Under the pieces are notes generated by a model. It searched no databases and had not been told where the DNA came from. It was given only the letters and a program-made list of their open reading frames with translations. The translations under genes and the position numbers were made by a program. A stretch of DNA of 63,479 bases, filler included, from Octopus bimaculoides (Eukaryota), in NCBI RefSeq assembly GCF_001194135.2. It is 7 parts of 6 records of this genome, joined end to end, with 100 filler letters (N's around TTAATTAATTAA, not from the genome) between each part and the next. Parts side by side here need not be neighbours in the genome. Positions count along the whole stretch, not along the records: positions 45,435 to 55,945 come from NC_068998.1; positions 56,046 to 63,479 come from NC_069000.1; 5 more parts are not named here. One strand, given 5' to 3'. Shown one piece after another: positions 54,585-63,479 of the stretch (positions are counted from its first letter, which is position 1; the number at the start of each line of letters is the position of its first letter).

Positions 54585-54642
54585 ACAGACACCCGTATAG
54601 ACAGACACCCGTATAGACAGACACCCGTATAGACTGACACCC
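54585..54642. repeat. 3.5 x 16-bp repeat at a SINE A 3' end
   Basis: acagacacccgtatag x3 plus a partial unit. Confidence 0.9.
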
Positions 54643-55058
54643 ACCCCAACGCATAAAAGAAAAGCAACCTACAAAATACCCGCCAAATACCCTCTGGGTC
54701 CATTCGGTTTCGTTCTGATATTGCCCTCATTTCTTCAAAATTTCACCGTCTGAAGATTCTAACCCGAAATGAATCTGAGAGTCACTGCGAGTCATTAAAC
54801 AATCCGATACTCGCAATAAAGTATAATGCATATACTTGTATTGGCTTATCATCTCTAAGTAGTACTCATTACACTCGCATTGCTCCTTATACGAGTGTGT
54901 GTGTGTGCGCGTGTGTGTGTGTGTGTGTTTTTTTACGTGTAGTATGACTGTTAGCGCGTGTATACGGAGAGAGAGAGAGGATGGGTTTGATAAATACACA
55001 TGTACACGCGTACACACACGACTCATCTACGCGCACACACACTCACACACCGTTCTCT

Positions 55059-55121
<63 letters not shown>

Positions 55122-55508
55122 GTGTATATATCTGTGTACACACACAGAAATATATATACACACATATGCTGCATATATGTACGCACACACACACACTCTT
55201 GTACGCTTCTGTGTGGTATGTGTGTTTGTAACGTATGTGAATGTATAAGGAAAGAAAGGAAAGAAGGAAGAAGGAGATCAGGAAAGAAATAGGAAAGGAA
55301 AAGAAAAGTGAAATGTTTGAAGGAAATATAGGGGTGGCATTGGTGTTGATGGGTGGCAGGGTGGAAGGGGGGGTTGTTGAAATGTCTAAAACAGAAGCAG
55401 AAAGATGAACCATTAACTTCAAACAGAATGGAAAACAGATGAGAGCTCGATGAAGTTGGAGGGAAGTAGGAAGGGCACTAGGTGTGATGGAGATGGGGGA
55501 GAGGGTTA

Positions 55509-55558
<50 letters not shown>

Positions 55559-55727
55559 AAGGATGAGATTAGGGGTTAGTGGCGGATAGATAGATAGAAT
55601 GATGGATAGATAGTATAGGTAGATAGGTAGACAGACAGGCAGACAGCAGACAGACGGAAAAGGTAAACAGCTAGCTGGCTATAGATATAGACGTATAGAG
55701 GGATAGATAGATAGATGGATCGATAAT

Positions 55728-55728
<1 letters not shown>

Positions 55729-55811
<83 letters not shown>

Positions 55812-55814
55812 GTG

Positions 55815-55858
<44 letters not shown>
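55729..55858. repeat. (GATA)n microsatellite
   Basis: Direct reading. Confidence 0.98.
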
Positions 55859-55945
55859 CATTTCTTTTATTAGCCACACAGGGCTCAACGAAGATGGGAC
55901 AAATACAATGTAGAGCTTTTCTTTTTGGGAGGGGGAAGGAAGGAA

Positions 55946-56045
55946 NNNNNNNNNNNNNNNNNNNNNNNNNNNNNNNNNNNNNNNNNNNNTTAATTAATTA
56001 ANNNNNNNNNNNNNNNNNNNNNNNNNNNNNNNNNNNNNNNNNNNN
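55946..56045. other. Artificial 100-bp contig spacer; coincides with the CpG-content switch
   Basis: N44-TTAATTAATTAA-N44. Confidence 0.97.
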
Positions 56046-56932
56046 TTTTTTTTTTTTTTTTTTTTCAATCAACAGCTTCACCAGTATGAAACCTAAGCCT
56101 CAGAAAAGCACATTTTCATTTAAATTGTAATACTTCCTCAGTTGCCTTTTGTATGCTTGTAGATGTACAAACATCTTGGCTTGAAACAAAGAAGACAAGA
56201 AGATGCTTCAAAAGGATGACTAGAGATTTTACTTCTACTATTGGAAATATATGCTATTAATCCAGTATTTTTTTTTTCTTTTTGCTTTCTCTTCTAGCTT
56301 GTTTCTAATTCCAGATATTGCAGACAACAGCTAGTATTGCATTTCCTATAGAAATTACTTTGATAATGGTAACAATAAAGAAGATATTTAATCAATTACA
56401 GCTGTCAATCAGTCAATCAATAAATAGAGAAAATCTTGATGACTTATTACCCTTCTCCTAAATCTGATAAATCTGCAGTAGCAGATGTAGTACTAATGGT
56501 AGCATGTGACAGAATATCATTCATTTGCTTATCAATTTAAATAAATTAAAATAATTGTATTTCTATGTTTTTTTCCACTTAATTTAACCAATTATTTCTT
56601 ATTGAGAAATATTCAGAATAGGTATTTGCTCATGCAATTTGGTTGATAATAAAATACAATTGATATTAAATAAATACAACTACAATACTAATATTCTTTC
56701 CATTTTTTTCCCTTTAGTCATACTGATGCCAAATCTGAATAAATGAATTTCTCAAATTAAGACAAGACTGTTCTGAATTTTTCTACTATTTTAAATGTAT
56801 GAAAAATAATCTCTCTCTCTCTCTCTCTCACACACAAATACACACACACACACACACACACACACATCATCATTTAATGCTCACTTTTGCATGCTCGCAT
56901 GATGTCAAGACAAGGATGCAAACTCACACACA

Positions 56933-57042
56933 ACAGGCTTCTTTCAGTTTCCATCTACTAAATCCACTCATAAGACTGGTTGGCCTAAGGCTATAGTGGA
57001 AGACACTTGGATAAGGTGCCACACAGTGGAATTAAACTAACC
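56933..57042 (-). mobile_element. SINE family A fragment (CpG-decayed)
   Basis: ggcttctttcagtttccatctactaaatccactcataag...aaggtgccacacagtgg. Confidence 0.7.
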
Positions 57043-58214
57043 TATATAAGATGTAAATTTACATAAGTGATTCAAAGGCTTTTGTATAAGGTACTACACA
57101 CACCTCTTTAACTAGTTTCGGCTCAAAAGCTGCAGTCATGCTGGGAACTCCATTGCTTAATTCAAAAATTCTTAAAACAAAGGTTTTTTTTTTTACTAAA
57201 ATCACCACATTCCAAATAACTATCTCAATATATATATATATATATATATAACATACAGTATTGATTTACAATGTAATTTTCAACTACGTGCAAAAAAAAA
57301 ATCTATTAATTTTATCATAGTCAATTAGTAATAGCAACAAAGACTTTTGCCTATCCGTTTTCTTATTGCTAGCCAACAGATGTCAGATAATGGGCCTAAA
57401 CAAGAAAGGAAAAGAATTTTTTTATTTATTTGTTATCCNNNNNNNNNNNNNNNNNNNNNNNNNNNNNNNNNNNNNNNNNNNNNNNNNNNNNNNNNNNNNN
57501 NNNNNNNNNNNNNNNNNNNNNNNNNNNNNNNNNNNNNNNNNNNNNNNNNNNNNNNNNNNNNNNNNNNNNNNNNNNNNNNNNNNNNNNNNNNNNNNNNNNN
57601 NNNNNNNNNNNNNNNNNNNNNNNNNNNNNNNNNNNNNNNNNNNNNNNNNNNNNNNNNNNNNNNNNNNNNNNNNNNNNNNNNNNNNNNNNNNNNNNNNNNA
57701 AATTGTTGCTTTTAATATGAAAAAATACTTTTCTAATGCAATTTTAATCATACGCACATATTTTTATTAGCAAAGTATAAGCTTTGAGAACAAATTTAAA
57801 AACAGAACTTTAAAAGCAAAATACTGATAAAGTTAAATGCATTTATGGTATTCTAGCTTTTAATCAATAAAAATTCAATGCTCCTCAGGAACCCCCCATC
57901 CCCCCATTATCCTCAGCAGCAATGTAATGTAGTTTTTGATGTTGGCATAGATTGGCAAGTCTGAAATATAGCAACTGCCAGGCCCATTTGTTAAGTCTGA
58001 CCTTTCAATATCACCCCACATCTTCTTTGGTCTACATTTACCTTTCATTCCCAATATTCATATTATATACTATCAATGAGGAGCAAAGATCATCTCTGTT
58101 TACATTAGCCAATGTCTTTGATGACTGGCCACTTTCTCAACACATGGTGATTCTTTAACTGTACACGTATCACTAATTTTTTTCTTTTTTGTGTGTGTTA
58201 ATACAAGAGGGGCT

Positions 58215-58345
58215 GCTGAAAGATGACCTGAGGAAGCTAAAAGTCATGGAGGAGATGACAAAAGACCACAACAAGTGATAAGTTGCTGAGCTAGAGAAGA
58301 CCTATAAAACCAATGCCAGCATGGATAAACAGACAAAGAAGCTGA
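58215..58345 (+). mobile_element. RTE-like LINE 3' end fragment
   Basis: DDLRKLKVMEEMTKDHNK...AELEKT resembles the RTE ORF terminus (DxRxLxLxEEMTxDRxxWRxAVxEK). Confidence 0.4.
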
Positions 58346-58591
58346 TGACGTAAGTGACAGACAGACAATGATAGACAGACAGATATGCTATGATCCATGT
58401 TGCTGAAAGAAGCAACATTTTCCCAATATTCTTCCTACTACTTTAAAGTACTTGCAATAGTAATTAGTACATCTTACTAACAGATCTTGCCTACTATTCC
58501 CAGTGAATTAATCAAGCAATTGTTTTAAGAAGCTGATATATTTTATACCAAGACATCTAATACCTTTAAAACTTTGCTTTTAATCAACCTA

Positions 58592-59857
58592 CGAGGAGGT
58601 ATCAAAAAGTTCCTGAACTATTGCTGTAGAACGCCAACAAATGGCAGCACATGGCTGTATGAGCAGTGAGAGTTAACAGTGGCCTTTGTGAGGCAGTGTG
58701 CTGAGTGAAATCGCTGTTTACTTTACAATTGTGAAATTTGTGTTTGTGTGATAACATGTATGCTGTAGTATGCAATTTTTGTTGTGGGCAGGAACAAAGA
58801 GCCAATAAGAAATTTTGCATTAAACTTAGGAAGTCTGCTGTAGAGACATTGAGTATGCTTTGGTAAGCTTATGGCAATGAAGCAAAGGGTTGTACACAAT
58901 GTTTGGAGTGGCACGGGTGCTTCAAAAGCAGAATAATGTCCCTGGAAGACCTGCCACAAGTGTCACCCTTGGAAACATGTAGAAAATTCATCAGCACATG
59001 CATGAGAATTGTCAGAGAACAATCAACAACATTGCTGATGTTGGGTCTGTTGTATAGGTCCATGCAGGCAATCCTAACATCTGAATTCAACATGCAGCAT
59101 GTTTTTGCCAAGTTTGTGCCTTACCTGCTGACCACCGAGCAGAAAGAACATTATGTCAAAGTCTGTCAAGATCTCCATCAGCAGGCCACTGATGACCCAT
59201 CCTTCATGTCAAGGATTACCACTGGTGATGAGTTGGGGTATGACCCTGAGATGAAGCAGCAGTCATCACAATGGAAGAGCACTTCATCTCTATGACCAAA
59301 AAAGGCACAACAAAGTCACTGCTCAATCAAGAGCATGTTCATTGTTTTTTTCAACATCCATAGTATTGTGCATTGACAATTCTTTCCTCAGGGCCAGAAT
59401 GTCAATTGAGAGTTCTATTGCAACATTTTGAAGTGTCTGAGGGAGACATTCGGCAAAAGCAGTCAGATCTGTGGAGCATGAAGAATCCAATTCTTCACGA
59501 CGACAATGCACTGTCACTGAGTTCTCCTCACTCATGGGTTTCTCCCCAAAAACAACATGTTATCACTTCCGTACCCACCCTATTTGACAGACTTAGCACC
59601 TACAAACTTCCATATCTTCCCCAAGATGAAAATGCAGCTCAAAGGTCATTATTTTAACACTGTTGTGAATTGCAGAAGGTCCTCAACTCGCTTACGAAAA
59701 ACAACTTCCAGATCAGATTCCAAAAGCAGCAGAAAAGCTAGGACTAGTGTATTACTGTGCAAGGTGACTATTTCAAAGGAAATGATGTTAAAAATTAGGT
59801 AAATAAGTTATTTCTTATTAAACATAACTAGTCTAGGAACTTTTTGGTGCCACCTCG
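58592..59857 (+). mobile_element. Full-length degenerate mariner (Tc1/mariner, DD34D type) DNA transposon inside the USP32 intron
   Basis: TA at 58590-91 and 59858-59. TIRs: cgaggaggtatcaaaaagttcctgaact versus reverse complement of the right end cgaggtggcaccaaaaagttcctagact. Broken transposase: EQRANKKFCIKL (N-terminal HTH), AKFVPYLLT (WVPHEL-like), ITTGDE, HDDNA, PPYLTDLAPTN (YSPDLAPxD-like). Multiple stops and frameshifts. Confidence 0.92.
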
Positions 59858-60099
59858 TACATGATGACTTGCAATAACTATTGTAAACCATTTCATTACA
59901 TTGACTACATAATATTGAATAATTCCATACTTGCTTCTAGTATGGAAATTTCCCTTTTACTTCTCAATATTGCAAGTAGCATCTTTCAACATAAGTGTTA
60001 TCCAAAACTACAGAAGATGGTTTCTTCAATATGTGCAGTGATTGTATCTTTGTGCTGTTGAAAGAAACAAGATTGTCATATCTCAATTACAGTAGGTTT

Positions 60100-61000
60100 T
60101 CAATAGGTCTGTTCATGAAGGTAGTATAGATTTGAAATGAGGTACCTGGGTTGAATGATGCTTGTGAATGTGAATAGAGGTTCATGAGGAGTGAAGTCTA
60201 GTATCAAGTGCATAGAATTGCATATTGTTAACACATAGAGAGGAGAATATTGGGAGCATAACCAAACAATAAGACACAAGAGTTAATGGAGGACTGTGAG
60301 ACAGAAAATCATCATAAGTGTATATTGTGATGGTGTGATCAGACAGAAAACACAAGAGACAATAAAGTCCATAAGTAAGTAACATAGCCAGGAACTTCTC
60401 ATACAACAATCAAATGCTTTATCGATATTAAGTGCATCATTACATTTAATGAATTTCTCAACACAGTGCACCATTGGTGAATAACAAAGCAACTGCACAA
60501 TAGAACTGGTTTATTAAAACCAAACTGGTGGTCACAGAGAAGAGAAAAATACTCAAAGTGTTGGAGATGAAGCTTGTTAATGAGTATTTCCTATCACCAG
60601 TGACATATTAGAAGTAACATGTAATAGGTGAATAGTTGGTGGAATCAGAGCTGGTGGAACATACTGCATCATATTTCTGAAGATCAAGACATAACTCTGT
60701 AGAGAGAGAAAGAGTAAAGAGATTGACAAGATAATCTCTCATGGTAACTCCACATCTCTAACAATAAAAACAGTATACTAAAGACCATTCAGGGCCAGGA
60801 AATACTTCATCTCTGAGTAATTGCTGACTCTTTACAGAGCACAAAGGAGACTCACAATGGAATACTCCTCCATCATCTGGAATGATGAAGCTGCTACAAA
60901 TAAAGCCACCCAAAACCACATCTAATAGAAAACCGATTACCAACACAAACACACACAATACACAAATTACTTACATCCCAAGTGGACATGCAAGGACAAA
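60100..61000 (-). mobile_element. Degenerate CR1-like LINE RT remnant in the USP32 intron
   Basis: Minus-strand fragments LCDHQFGF, ALNIDKAFD, YEKFLAMLLTYGL...CFLSDHTITI. CpG-poor. Confidence 0.6.
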
Positions 61001-62626
61001 TGAACAAAGAAACTACTTTTGCTAAATTAATATCTCTGCATCAACTTCATCATGACAATGACTGCATATCATTGATGTCCAAAAAAGGAATCTTTACATG
61101 CTCACTCAAACTGCTAGAAATAGCAACCATGTATCTTTCAAATAACATGTTGAATATATAGTCATAAATACTTAAATACGTCTAGTATACAACAACAATA
61201 AAAAATGAAAAAAGAAATGGCACATACTGATCAGATGACATTGCCTTTAATCGTAAGTTTGCTCAAAGTTGACCTGAGGCTAAACAACATCAGTAAAGGT
61301 AAAAGTTAATATAAATGTTAAGAGATAGTTGACCCGTTAATCACTGGAAACAGATGTAAACCAAAGGAAAATTTCCTCTATATTGGGTATATTCTGTACT
61401 ATTATTGTAATCACTATACAGCTGCAAGCTGACAGAATGATTAGAATGCTAGAAAATATGCTTTGGAGTAATTTATTCTGGCTTTTATAGTCTTGACTCA
61501 AATGTTATGGAGACCAACTTTGATTTTCCTCCCTCTGGGGTTGATAAAATACTATATCAATCAAGTACAGCAGGTAGGGATCAATGGTACTGATTAACTC
61601 CCAACCCTCAAAATTACTGGCTTTGTGCCTAAATTACAAGCAACTATAATAAACACCAATATCTGAAGGAAATTCTATTGCTATGTATCTTAGGTATGTG
61701 AATATAATTCTATCACATTTCATTCTTCAAGTGGTCCCCTTTATAATCTGTAACTTACTCAGAATATGATATTGAGTAAGACTGAAATGCATAATGAAAT
61801 CATTTACTAAAAAACTTAATAATCACCAATAAAATTTTAGAACTTCATAGCTTTGGCAGTTTCTCTAAGACACCAGAGTAGACCCTCATGCAATCAATCA
61901 AACAAATAAATGTCATAAAGAGGATAATGTTTTGGTATTTAACAGTTGAAACAAAATTGTTATTAACTAATCCAAGGAGAAGGAATAATGTCCATGTTCT
62001 ATGGAGCCCATCCGAGACTGGTGAAACTGATATGGTTGATGTCCGACTTGAGCAGCTATAAATTATGACAACATCAGTTGAGTAAAATGTAGATAAAAAT
62101 AATATTTCAGATTTGAAGTCTGGGGAGGATTGATTGCAAAAATGAGCTTGGTACAAAACCTGGAGAGTGAGATACAGCGGGGATGATATATTGTAAGCTA
62201 GTTTAGAGGAACACAAGTTATACACCTATCATTATAGAAGAGGTGGAGAAACAGTACGCCTGTAAGCTAGTGGTTGTAGCATATTGATGAAGGAATCAAT
62301 GCTGATCAGCTGAATAGCTTTCTTTAAGAAATTTATAATGTTTGAATCTGTAGTAGCAGCATTATCTATTTCACATATGTGAAGCAACTGATTAGTGCAA
62401 AAATATTAAACAACAGTTGAGATAAAGCTGATGTTCAACAGGAATATACAATATAAATCTTTATCATGTTATCATGCTGTAGTGACTGTTAAGAAGTTTT
62501 GAATTCATTACAGAATTTTTTTTAAAATGAAGAAAGATATCTAGAGAAAGAAAAAGAAAAGAAACATTTTAGTTCTATTAGAAATGTTAAATGCAAAAAG
62601 AAAATCTTTTAACAATATTTACTCAC

Positions 62627-62758
62627 CTTCACATAACATATCTGGTACAGGTGGACAAATAAGTTGCTTGAATGTCTCTTGGTCAAACCGACCAGATTTT
62701 GATTTTTCCTTTAGGTCCCAATAGCATTTTTCAAGTTCATTAATATCGGTCTCTTCCA
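62627..62758 (-). CDS. USP32: Internal coding exon of ubiquitin carboxyl-terminal hydrolase 32 (N-terminal EF-hand region)
   Basis: Minus strand: acceptor ttttacattgtag, 132-bp phase-1/phase-1 exon, donor G|gtgagt. Translates (x)EETDINELEKCYWDLKEKSKSGRFDQETFKQLICPPVPDMLCE(G). This aligns without gaps to human USP32 as I recall it (LEESDIIDLEKRYWLLKAQSRTGRFDLETFGPLVSPPIRPSLSEG), with about half of positions identical. Not in the ORF track because it has no start codon. Confidence 0.88.
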
Positions 62759-63281
62759 CTACAATGTAAAAATTACATAAATTTATTGAAATGGAAATAG
62801 TTTTATAGAAACAGGAATGAACATCTTCAAGACATCCACAATAGATGCCATAGAACTGAGATATGGAAAAGGGCTATACTTTAAACCAATTCAACCTGTT
62901 CCAGACAAAGGCAAAAAATTAATGATAGAAGAAACTGCTAACCTTTTCCTGTCAAATTTTAATGTAAAACAAACATCAACAGATAAAATGTAATTTAATA
63001 TCATTTGCTTATACATAACATTTACTAATTACCATATGTCTCTCCCAGAAAGGTACAAAATATATATTCCAGATGTAAGTTCAGATTACCATAACAGCCA
63101 ATAAACCAATTTCTAATCCTGATCAATGATGATGTTGATTATAAGTTTGTTAATAGCATATAGATATTTTGGCTCTAGCAATTACCATGTCATTCCTACT
63201 GGATTGCTGTCATCATATGAATTATTTTGATGAATCCCATAATCACTATGCACATTCAGCAAATAATTATAAAATAATTTT

Positions 63282-63430
63282 CAGGCATAGTTGTGTGGTA
63301 AGAAGCTTACTTCCCAACCAGATGATTCCTGGTTCAGTCCCATTGTGTGGCACCATAGACAAGCTACTATAGCTTTGGGCTGACCAAAGCCTTGTGAGTG
63401 GATTTGGTAGATGGAAACTGAAATAAACCA

Positions 63431-63433
<3 letters not shown>
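63282..63433 (+). mobile_element. SINE family A, 5' half (CpG-decayed), running into (TG)n at the window end
   Basis: caggcatagttgtgtggtaagaagctt...ggttcagtccc...gccttgtgagtggatttggtagatggaaactg. Confidence 0.8.

Positions 63434-63479
<46 letters not shown>

Noticed and set aside
63226-63249. Plus-strand FDESHNHY resembling the next USP32 exon (FDENRDNHI)
   Set aside because: Wrong strand, wrong side of the exon, and no splice sites; chance similarity.

Overview
Eukaryotic, AT-rich, repeat-saturated genomic DNA from a draft assembly. The SINE families, Dong/R4, Tx1 and CR1-like LINE remnants and the extreme microsatellite load point to an octopus or other coleoid cephalopod (inference). The only host coding sequence I recognise is one 132-bp minus-strand exon of USP32 (62627-62758). 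The rest is decayed transposons (a full-length mariner, a DD41D/rosa-like Tc1-mariner, two hAT remnants, CR1-, R4/Dong-, Tx1- and RTE-like LINEs), at least three tRNA-headed SINE families, micro/minisatellites, N gaps and six artificial 100-bp N44-TTAATTAATTAA-N44 contig spacers. Nearly all ORFs in the track are microsatellite, N-run or transposon artefacts. I found no novel multi-gene system. The observations most worth following up are: (1) an abrupt switch to strong CpG depletion at the last spacer, with SINE copies as an internal control, suggesting a methylated USP32 gene body joined to an unrelated block; (2) a recurrent dimeric SINE with a fixed junction and a TSD; (3) an orphan 48-bp exon candidate with near-perfect splice sites; (4) a degenerate ~48-bp tandem repeat carrying YY1-type motifs. 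Protein-family comparisons are from memory, not database searches.
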